A stretch of DNA of 64,000 nt from Ophelia neglecta. Its lineage: Eukaryota. Below, piece after piece: positions 1 to 12,100 of this stretch. Positions within the stretch are counted from its first letter, which is position 1; each line of letters begins with the position of its first letter. The notes under the pieces are model-generated. The model made no database searches, was not told the DNA's origin, and saw only the letters and a list, made by a program, of their open reading frames with translations. The position numbers were made by a program, and so were the translations under genes. The stretch covers positions 93,124,001-93,188,000 of the forward strand of contig OZ260662.1 of NCBI GenBank assembly GCA_965285935.1, in the 5' to 3' direction.

Positions 1-124
1 AATCACTAAAAAAGGTATTGATAAGAATTCCACTGCTAGTTTATCATACTGACTGACTGAATGTGTCTTAAACAAGTAAACGAGGATATGGCTTATGATA
101 TTAATTATGACTGGCTGGTGACAT

Positions 125-3100
125 TCAATATGGCTGCCAGCTTCCATAGCAACTGGTTTCCGCAGGCTCAGATTTACATGTACGGGTACTACTAGCCTGG
201 GGGTCGGCCATGCTGCTACTCTCCTCAATATCCATGTTGGATGCCTGCTCCTAAACAGAATTTCAAGACATTTCAACACAGATTCTGCCACCATCAATTA
301 GCAGTATAAACAAACAAAGGAAAGTTCAGGAAAAAAAGAAAAGAAGAGAGGCATAATAGTTTATGAATATGACTTTATCATTATGAGGAAGGTCTCATTA
401 ACAGACAATGACTATTTACGACTTTAGCAATAAATAATACCATTAAAGTTGACTGTTTGCTACGCTTAAATCAAAAATCAATGCCAATGGAGAGAGGCAC
501 ACAAGAGTCATCATACTACTCACCTCAGAAGCCTTCTGCTTTGTCCGGTATGAGAGAAGGGCATTGGTAAGGGCCTTGGATATGGTCAACGCCATCTCAG
601 CCTCATCTTCGTTATTCACCATGCTCTTTGACTGAAAAGGAACAAATAATATAAGATTGATACCTTGGAATTGTGCTAATTACTAAAATATAACTTGTCC
701 TATTAAAACTAGTAACATATCAGTAAAATACATGCATTTATAATGTAATATCTCTTTAAATCAGTCTCTTTTAAAAATTCCCTTAAAACTGGTTCATCTT
801 CTCAAAATGCGTCCCATTTCAAGCTGTGATTGGTTGTCTAAACAAAATAGTTTACACTTATGTGCATTCAAACAGCAAATACTACCATTGTCACTCATTT
901 CATTTACGAATACTGTTAAAAAAACCTTTACAAATTGACAGAAGATTGAGAGATGAAAGTAAATATAAAGCTGTTAGCAAGCAATCAGATACTCATCAGG
1001 GATCAATAGAAAATTATATTTACTGATCAGCTGCTCATCAGAAATAGAATGTATAGATCTAATTCATTTGCCAATTATTCACTCATCAAGGATGGGCAGT
1101 AAATTATATTTACCAGGCTTTTCAGTAATCCACCAATTTTTTCAGTTTCTTTCTCAAACTCCACCTTCTTCTCTTGCATACTACTACTACTATTGCTTTG
1201 GGTTTCTGAGTGGCTGCTTTTATCGGTGGATTCTTGGCTGAAACAAAAAAAATACAAGTAATAACTAAGGGATAATTTATTGTTACATATCTTACATTTA
1301 TTGAATTTACCTGTGTCAATAAAGACCTATTTACATTGACAAAAATACCATTGTTCACCAGTTTACTGGTCAATCTTCGCAAATTGGCACCTTACCCTGC
1401 ATAAGTAGTATCATATCCAGAGGCGTAGCTGGTGCTGTCATAGCCGCTGCCATAATAGCCACTTGAATCGGCGTAGTAGGATGAATTGTAGCTGTAGCCG
1501 TATGGGTTAGTATTATAGTACTGACCGTATTCATCCAGTCTGGTCTGTTTGCTCTGGTAGTCTGAAGGGTAGAATTTATAACTAATGCTTATTTTACCCC
1601 TGGAACATTTCTTATTACGCAGTTTCCAAATCATCTTATTACTTTCTCAGTCGTTCAGTGTAGACGCTGTCCTATGCCTCTGCCGTCTGCTCTGCACCCA
1701 TACTATGGTAATAGTGATAGAGGAATGAGGTCTGGTCTACAGTCAATGTACTTCACTGGCCACCTCTTTGTGGTACAACACAGTTATGTACGCCTACTTT
1801 CACAACTCATTTGATCTCAAACTTTCCTGAAACTCGCTAGAAGTGACCAGAAATTGTGAAAACGCTACTCCTGAAATTCTGTGAAAAACATATCGGGTCT
1901 GGAGGTTTGTGGTGCCCATTGTTAAACAGAATTTTTATCCTATATTCATTACTGTTATGAATCTACGACTGGTCTAACAATAAATCACCCTTTTTTTAAC
2001 TAACTTAGGGCATCTTAAATATCTATTAAATCAATTGGTTGAAATTCTGAGATTTTTTTTTAAATTTCACGCTGCACCGCTGCACCATACTACTGAATCC
2101 TATCCTGCTTGTAGACAAGGCAATAAAAGGCACAATTAAATAGAATATTGTATTTTGGTTGTATTAGGTGTGCATGACATAATTATCATGACAAGGCCCA
2201 TTGTAATGAAGACATCAGGACGCTAACAGAGAAAGTTTGGTTTGAGAAAATATACACAAGTCTCAAAGGCCTGTGTCCTTAAATAGTGGTTTGCTCTTCA
2301 GCATACTGCTTGGTAGAGTTATCAATTTTAATATAACATTCTACCCGAAATTAGAAAAGTTATCTGCCATTATATACTCACAAATTTGCCAATAACTATC
2401 CCCAATGTACACTATAATAGATACCGTTATTTGTCTCCATGTTATTAGTACAGACACACAAGAACAGAAGTGCCTCCTGTGTATTTTCCACCAAAGGTGT
2501 GATAATTTTTGTGTGTTTAATATATTTTTACCAATTTCCGATTCAGTAATGGAAATATAGATATAATTTATTTATTAAAAGATGTCCTGTTAATGGCAGG
2601 TCTAGTAGAACATCATATACATGTATGTATGTTTACAAACTAACAGAGAAAGGTGCCATTTAGTTTTGTGGTGAGATTAGATAGCCTGTAAGACCGTGGA
2701 GTACTTACCATAGGCCTCGACCTGCCTCTTCATGGCTTTCATCTCTTGTTTGGGGTCATAGAAGGGGTCAATCTCCATCTCGGCCTTGATCGAGCTCCGC
2801 CCTATCTCCAGCTCAATGATACGACAGTACTCCTCGGCAGTAGGAGCCTGATCAGACTTCTTGGTCGCTGCACGTTTGATCTGTGCGTGGTATGATGGGT
2901 AATATATCTTCTGCAATAAAAATACATTGCATAATTACTGGTTTATATTGCTGTTTAAATGCAGTTTCCAAAGGTCTGGAGTCTTTTGTGATACATTGTT
3001 ATTTAATTCACAAAGTGTTATAGTTTGACTAAATTAATCAAATAAATGAAACCAAAATATGCTGATGGCAGGGGCTAATAATATATATCTAATGATAAGA

Positions 3101-6100
3101 GTCCAGTCAGAGACTTACCATGCAGGCCATTCTGTGTTTGAGGCCAGTCAGAGACTTACCATGCAGGCCATTCTGTGTTTGAGGCCTGTGACAGACTTAC
3201 CATTTAGGACATTCTGTGTTATAGGCCAGTCAGAGACTTACCATGCAGGCCATTCTGTGTTTGAGGCGTGTGACAGACTTACCATTTAGGCCATTCTGTG
3301 TTATAGGCCAGTCAGAGACTTACCACGCAGGCCATTCTGTGTTTGAGGCCTGTGACAGACTTACCATTTAGGCCATTCTGTGTTTGAGGCCTGTGACAGA
3401 CTTACCATTTAGGCCATTCTGTGTTTGAGGCCTGTGACAGACTTACCATTTAGGCCATTCTGTGTTATAGGCCAGTCAGAGGATTACCATGCAGGCCATT
3501 CTGTGTTTGAGGCCTGTGACAGACTTACCATTTAGGCCATTCTGTGTTATAGGCCAGTCAGAGACTTACCATGCAGACCATTTTGTGTTTGAGGCCTGTG
3601 ACAGACTTACCATTTAGGCCATTCTGTGTTATAGGCCAGTCAGAGACTTACCATGCAGGCCATTCTGTGTTGGAGGCCGGTGACAGACTTACCATGTAGG
3701 CCATTCTGTGTTTGAGGCCAGTCAGAGACTTACCATGTAGGCCATTCTGTGTTTGAGGCCAGTCAGAGACTTACCATGCAGGCCATTCTGTGTTGGAGGC
3801 CTGTGACAGACTTACCATGTAGGCCATTCTGTGTTTGAGGCCAGTCAGAGACTTACTATGCAGGCCATTCTGTGTTTGAGGCCAGTGACAGACTTACCAT
3901 GTAGGACATTCTGTTTTAAAACATTTAAGGCCAGTGACAGACTTACCATGTAGGACATTCTGTGTTTGAGGCCAGTGACATGAGAGAAGAGTGTACGTGG
4001 GTCACACTTTGATTCACACAGAGAACAACTGTACCGTGGCTCCACATAGGGATCATTTTTTTGATGTTCAGTTATATATTCCAAACCTGTAAAGAAATGT
4101 CCAAAAACAATAACAACATTGGCATTGCAAACATTTACAAACTGAAATGTAATATTGAGAACCAAGTATAGCCTATTTAGCTTAACACAGTTCTTTGCAA
4201 ATTTGGATAAAATTAAAGAATGTTTTACCATCTGATGAAATAAAATAAAATAAACTCGTCAACATAGTAATTACCGACAAGGGGGTCCTTGAACGTGCGA
4301 ATTTGTTCAGCAACCACACTGAGCCTGGGCTTAGGCTTGGCCAATTTACTACCCCGAGATCTCGAGATGGGCACTGCAAATAGAAACATCAATTTGAACA
4401 TACATGTGTAGGCAAAATGAACTTTTGGGAACTGAGATTCAACTGGTATTTTTAAGAAGTGCAATAGTTGTGCTAAGGTAGGGCAGGCCACCCCTGATTT
4501 GCCCTGAATAGTTAACTCTTTCACTGCAAACCAACGCATCTTAGATGGAATACAAGTCATCAACCATACTGAACGAGTTTGCGAGGTAATGGTTTGGGTT
4601 ATTTGTGTGCAAGTGGCCTATTCATTTGTTTCTCACAAACAGGCCAGCACAGCTTCTCCAAGTGGTCGACTCCAAAGGCCTGTTAAAGTGCTACCTAGGA
4701 TACAGAGAACTGGTCCTGGCTAGCAACAAGATGATAAGCAACTCTCTTACCCCAACAATACAGTGGTCCCTGTGATGTAGGGCCATCCCTAGAGCCAAGG
4801 AAAAATGGCCCTAAAATGCAGGAGACCCATTATCGGAGGTTTCTTTAACATGAAAAAGAATTCAAAACCTCTCCTAGGATCAAAGGTGGCCCTTTATGGG
4901 AGGGGCCCAACATCACAGGGACCACTGTATGGTAAGAAGTCTATGGTCTATGGGGATACCTATAACTAATCAGGACAACTTCACTTGAAGTTTTTTACAT
5001 GAACACTCAGACTTCATTTAATAAATATACTGCTAGTTTCACACTGATTGGTCAGAAGTAAATTTTAAATCAGGGAAAAAACACAGTAATTGTTGAATAG
5101 ATCACACCATATAAGTCTTCTCTCATGTACGCATTGCCCATTGAGAAAATAATGTTAGCATGCACTTTTTTCAACTTTGATTGATAGCTTTCAAGGCTTA
5201 CACTGATGTGGTATGTATACATACAAGCCCCTAGCATGGAGAAGGGCTAGAGGAAATGCTTGCCTGGTTTGACACTTTTAGAAGTTAAAGCTAAGATGAT
5301 TTTTAAAACTGTCAAAATGTAACAGACAGATGGCATTGAGAAAAAACACGCACCCTCCACCTGTGTGTATAGTTTGTAAGAATAGTTGTGTTTTGAACAA
5401 ATGTACATGTTCATATTTCTATAACCAAAGAAGTATAGACAGCAGGGCCTCAGATGGTGATAGTGGTACTATACTTCAATGTAATGGGCAAAGCAACAAA
5501 AGATGTCATCAGCAGCATGCTGATTTTATGCCCTCCCCCCCCCCCCCCCTAAAAAAAAGAGGCAGGTGATAGTCCAGATGTACATCTAAATGGTTGACAG
5601 TCAGGATGTGTACAACTGAATTGTTAGAAGATGTACCCGTTGATAGTCCAGATGTACAACTAAATGGTTGACTTTCAAACTTCATGATGATAAGACGGTA
5701 GCTAATCATGTGAAAATTCTGCTTGGGAAAAGCAAGTGTCGTATGGGTTACCGAGTACTCTGTTTTAATTAAGGTCGACATCGCGATATAGTAAAATGAC
5801 CTTGAAAAAGAACTTCCAAGGTCAAATCTGAGAACATGACAACAAGGAAAAAATTTGGCTTTCTATCAACCCCTAATGTAGTACTAGGCTCTAGCGGTTA
5901 AATAAAGACACTAATCTTGATTATAGTGATTTGAACTTGAAAATGCAGACCAAGGTCTAATTTGAACAAGTAGGTCAAGGTCAAATCTAAAACCCCCATT
6001 GAATTTACAGCACATACTTCTCAACTGCATCTCAATAGTAATTAAAGGCCTGAGAGTCAGATTGCATGCTACTTTAGTCTTCTTTTTATGTACATTGCCA

Positions 6101-9100
6101 TCGTAACTAAGATATTTGGGGATTGCTCAAAAACAATCTCAGACCAGAATTTGGCCTGGGTGAGTAGCCTTTTACTGTATTAAGGTAGCGCACGACATGC
6201 TTTTATATGTGCAATGGTATGATATAAATTCTCTGGCTACGCCATCAAGTATCTACTGGATAGTTTTGTAAAAACAGAGGTAGTTCTACATATCCGATTC
6301 AATGACATTTCAGCAGGCTATTCGCCACAGTCTGTTGTTTAAGTATATCCTAGACCTCTACCAGCCCCAATAGGTGATTAGCTACAGCGCTGGGCTTCCG
6401 AAGGTTGGTATTTTTTTTTCCGAAAGATGGCGGGTTTGCCTCCCATCGTGGGCTATGTCTCTTTTCTAAATTTTTGCTTTTTGTAGCAACCCATTGAAGC
6501 TTACTAACAAAATTTCACAAGTATGAAATGAGGGCTATCACACATAAAAATTGCAGGCCAAGAGATGCCATGCCTGATTTTCTATGCAATAACAGAGGTT
6601 TTGGACCTTGTTATTTCATTAGTATAGATAGAAATTCATGGGCAGTAGCCTTAGAATTCTTTGTTTCAGAATATCTTCACAATCATGGCGTCATGGATGG
6701 AGATTTTGGTTATCTTCGATGCGCAAAGCACTAAAAGGTCATGCTACATATATAGAGAATGGGGAGAGATCAGTAGACAACCGAGCAGTCATTGATACGT
6801 TGTCCTCAAAATCAATTGCATAGCCAGAGATTCAACGTCTAAACATGCATGTTTATTTTGTACTATTTATGGATACATGATTGGCAAATTGTAGCCTAAC
6901 TGTCGGCATTTTGTGTAGTCGAGATCAGGATCGGGGTTAATATGTCTACAATATAGCGGCCCCCTGGCGAGGCAGCGTGAACACAGTGGCCGCTAAATGG
7001 CAAATTCACACCTTTGATGACCAGCCCAGGCTCCCTCCGAACACGCCTAGTTTATTGGGTTTGATCGTGTTTTGATTGGGAACTAGCAGTCTGCAAATTG
7101 TGTTTTTAGTCAGAGATTAATTACCATGATTAGTAGGCGTACACAACATGGCGAGCACATTGGCCACTTCCCTCCCTGATTGTTACACTTGATTACACTT
7201 TTGGTGTTCTTATATCTGGGTACTACCTAAATTTGGTTCCGTTTATATTAGGGGTTTTAGGAGTGGAGTTTCAGTCAGAGAAATTTGTGGGTTTAAAACA
7301 CAGCTGCGGTTTAAATTCAAAAGGCGGTGACCTTTCAAGTGAGTATGGTAGTCTAGCTGCAGCCAAAAAAAAAAGGAATAAAAAAAGAAAGGTTTTTCTA
7401 TTTATTGCACGTCAAAAAAAATAGAGCGTTCACCCTTGGCCATCAAATTGCCAAAGGCTGCTAAGAAACAATCCCAGACCAGATTTTTGCATATTCTAAC
7501 ATAACAAAAAAAAAGAAAAAAAGCAAGAGTTTTCTTTCATAGCATGACAAAGAAATGGGGACACCACACAACAGATGCATGGTTACAAGAAAAATACTAT
7601 ATAGGCATACTATTTACAGAGGATAAAATTATGTAAAGATAACAAAAATTCCATCATGTTTCCCATAACTTTTTGCTCACTTTACATGTACATGTACCCT
7701 GAGAACTATGCGAGTTTAAACCCATTCTGGCACATCATTTAAGGCAATTGGATCAGCGAACATGGAAAATAAAGACCATTGTTAGTTTCTGTTTAGAGCA
7801 AATAATGGGATATGGTAAGATAAAGGTCACTGTGACCTGCTTTATACAAAATGGAGAGTCACGGATGAATAACATAGGTATGTGTATGCATAGAATGTTA
7901 TGGCTCACAATTTTGAGAATAAGTTTAATTAACAACTGTACACAAATATCTGAGAGAAATAAACCTTAGCTAAGGTACATATCATCTATTTCTCCTTATG
8001 TCTGGCATCAGCTGGCTATTTCACCCGGGACATGTGATGTATTAACATGTACATGTATGTGTACCGGTACATGTCCTCTGTGATTGTACTGTACATGAAA
8101 GTCAGATGTGTGGTGAATGACACGTACATGTACATGTAGACACATAATTCCAGTAGTATGTAAACGAGTAAAGGCAATATTAACACTTCCGATTTTCACT
8201 GGTCACACATAACTTTTGAATCTGGAGGCTGTTTTTACAAGATACAAAATGAATTGTAGATGACATTTATCCAGATACTCAGCTTTTGTACTACCTCCTC
8301 TTTACTGTAGGGGTACACAATACAGACATGACCTTAATGGAACAGAGGTCAGCCTTAGCCGACTCCAAATGAAGTCTCAAAAACTCACTAATTTAATGGT
8401 AGTTTACTATCTATTGCACTTACCTGGGATTTCCAGGACTAGCACCAGTGGTTAGTTCCAGGCTCATAACTAAAGCTTAGAAAGGTAGGTTTGCCACCAA
8501 AACTATGACATACATATGAAGGGCAGCCTGGTTTATTTTCCGGGGTGTAAAGCAGTATTTACATGATAATGCCTTGTTCTGGCGACAGACTATTTTCGTG
8601 ACATGATTCCAGGGTGTGATGAAACCTCTTGTGCATGTTTAACAGGTTCAGGGATAAGATGAAGTCCACTTCAGCAAGCTTTATAGCGACCCCACCACAG
8701 TTAGGAGCACAGCAGCCCACGTCGTCACACACATAAGCGGTTACTCTGTACACGTATGATTAGGAGTGACCAGCATGGAGGGTTCCCTGACCGAGTGACT
8801 GGGCAGTGTCTGTGTAGTGTTAGTCTTACACCACCAGCCTACTAACCATAAACTATGCACCCTCCTTACATCTTATTTACTCTGATCAGTATGTAGCAGT
8901 AAGTCCGATGTTAGGGACTGTGGAGGAAGACTAGCCTAGTGTGCAGATCCTACATTAGGATGTACTATACACATGTAAATGTTAGGTTACCATGTCTATG
9001 GTTTTTTGGTTGTTTGCCTAATAACATGTCAAAGTGGTGAAGGCATATCATAAAAGATCTAACCAGCACTTTCACTTCCTTTCTCATAACTCTGTTTCTC

Positions 9101-12100
9101 TTAAACAGACACAGAAAGTTGATTCTTGATTGCCCATTTGTAAATATCTTTGCCCTTAGCAGAAAAAGTGTGTGGGTTTGCCTGCTGACAGAGAACACTG
9201 ATGATGATTCTACAAGGACCTAAGTGTAGGACTTCCTGATCTCCTTACTTACCACCTGATTCTCTGTTCTTCAGGTTCTAAAAGAAAAACATTTCATAGC
9301 ATTAATATCTACATGAAGGACAAAAACAAACAACTGGTAAAAAATACAACTACTTCTATCCACTTATCAATTAAATTAATATTTAATTCATTGACATTCT
9401 TGAAAATGCTAGATTTATCTCATTAATTTATTATAAAACTATTTCTTGCCTAGCAAATATCACAAAGCTTTCACCACATAAATTACCTTAACTCACTATT
9501 TTTATCCTTCTAAAATAAACCTGAGAGCTTTGACAATGGTGTGAGTGACTAGCATGTCATTATTATTTTATAAAGTGTGTTTGGTATTTGATAGGTATAT
9601 GAAATGACATAAATTAACAATATAATTAATGATTTCCTGCTGTTCCACCATTAATTTTTCACAAATAAGACATGACTGCATTTTCTCTCTCTCTAATTCT
9701 ATGTTTTTTTTTCAGTTTTGTGGTGTGGCCCCAACATCAGAACAGCTTCAAGGAAGGGTGTGGCTTGAGGAAAGGGTGTGGCTATGCAGACTGAACTAAT
9801 TTGAAAATTCTTGAACCCATTTCACATGTAAGGTCAAATAAAGTTAATAAGTGAAGCTCAAGTGCTCTTTCAGAAATAAAGACAAGTAGTCATTTTCACT
9901 CAGTACACCTGAGGGTTTACAGGGATTGTTTTCACAAAAATTACCATATACAGCATTCTTTGACTTTATTTTGGAGGGGGGGGATGGAGGAGCACACTAT
10001 TTGATATTTGATGTACAAATGCATCAAAAAGGGGTCTTTGAGGGGGGGGGGGAGAGAGAGAGAGAGAGAGAGAGAGGGGAAGAGACGATTATAGAGCAAT
10101 GCAGAAGAGGCCTGAGCACCACTTTTCATTTTTTGGCCTTGGTTTCTTAACAAAATTCCATTCACCACTTTAGTTTCTCTAGGAGCAAATATGGTGAGAT
10201 ATTTTAATTCATAACTTGAATTGATAGGCACTAGGCATGTTTGTGGTTTATTCTAAGGGGTTTATGGTTATGAGGTGTTGTCACATGAAAAGTATGGCAT
10301 ATGGTTCAAATTGGGTTTAAGGGTGGGTCCCATATTCCTTAGCATCAATTCACTGCAACAACTGTAGACTGTAGATGTGTTCTGGATATAAGTCTATTGG
10401 AACATAAAGGCATTAAAAATGTTGATGAATCATCATACAAAATACTTGAAGGTACTTACCTTTTGATTGAAGCTCTTGTCAGTTATCGTATGTAGTATAA
10501 TACCTGCTAATTGCCTCAGCCTTACATAAAATTATGAAAATATTATTAAATACAATGACAGTGACACTGTCATCAGGATTGAATCGGGATTGCTCAATAG
10601 TCTTGATAATTGTGTGCTTAGTCTCCCACAGAAAGTGTTGTACTTGTAATTGTAGTGCCGGACTCGGTTTGACTGGACCTGACTGAAAGCTCTCCAATCA
10701 TAGGCAGCAGACTGACCAAGGAAGAGAGCAGAGGGAATATGGAAGGGCACAGCCAATGTTAAAAAAACTGGTTGAACAAAGTCAATGGTCTTAGCACTGT
10801 CTGGCTGGCAAATTATTCATTTATCTGATGAGTCACACCTTTCCTGGCCAAACATACATGTATACATGACCATCTTGTCCCATGTAACATGTGCCATGAA
10901 CCTATGATCATCCTGTCCCATTACATGTGACGTGTACATACCTGATCAAGTGATGTGTGTATATACACACCTGATCATAGTGTCCCACTACAAATGACTT
11001 GTACACACCTGATCATAGTGTCCCACTACAAATGATGTGTACACACTTGATCATCACTATAAGTGATGTGTACACACATGATCATCATAACAAGTGAGGT
11101 GTACACACTTGATCATCACTACAAGTGACGTGTACACTTGATCATCATTATAAGTGAGGAGTACACACTTGATCATAGTGTCCCACTACAAGTGACTTGT
11201 ACACTTGATCATCACTACAAGTGACGTGTACATACACGATCATCACTACAAGTGACGTGTATACACTTGATCATCACTGTAAGTGACATGAACACACCTG
11301 ATCATTTTGTCATAGAATATCATGTGCATTTTAGCATGTTTAGTTAGTGTGTAAAATAATATATACACTTTATTTTAAACAAGTTATTTTTTTACAACTT
11401 TTGTCACTTATGACATTTATCAATGGCTTTGCCCCATTTATTTTGCAAAAGTGTGAATTTCTGACCACTGTGCAGACAGGAATGATCGTAAACTGATTAT
11501 ACTTCTACATCAATGATAGTTGGACTTCACATTTCTGATACAGATAAAATAGCTTTCCGGGTATTAAATTAATATAAATGTTTTATAATTTGTTATACAC
11601 TGTACATGAGCTTTGGCTATCTGCTTCTTATCCATCTCTTGATTGTTTTTCTTCAGGAAGATGAGGTTTGTTTGAAGCACACTTAAAACCAAGGACCTTG
11701 CCAGGACAAGCTGCCTTCCTGTCAATGTCAAACTGTTTTGTGCTGTACCATGTCCTTAGACCCATCCAGTTTGTGCAGCCAAGCATGAGGGCACAGTGAA
11801 CAAGGTTGATAAAGAGGCAGCCCAGTGAATACTTACACCGCCCAGCCCAGTGAATATTTAACAGCCCATCCCAGTGTTAGATAGTTTTATTCTATTTTCT
11901 GACATCTTCAATAATATGTTCAAGAAGCAGAGATAATACACAGGATGTCCTTTCATTTTATAAACCTTGTACCAAGTTTCCCACACTATATCATTACCAC
12001 TTGTCTATTATTAAGATAAATGCCAAGGATATAAATTTCTCACAGAGACTGGCCATCAATGTTAGCATCAGCCGAAGAAATGAGAGTGGAAAATACAACA

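Noticed and set aside
3059-3289. Plus-strand repetitive ORF (QSETYHAGHSVFEA)
   Set aside because: It is an antisense reading of the minisatellite.
3100-3980. CRISPR-like array
   Set aside because: Units are contiguous near-identical 41-mers with no unique spacers, no cas genes are present, and the context is a eukaryotic intron.
8420-8560. Extra exon ending at the minus-strand donor CAG|GTAAGT (8424)
   Set aside because: No convincing acceptor or reading frame upstream, and it is not needed for the gene model.
9195-9242. C/D-box snoRNA-like motifs (TGATGA...CTGA)
   Set aside because: Too short (~40 nt) and antisense to the host gene.
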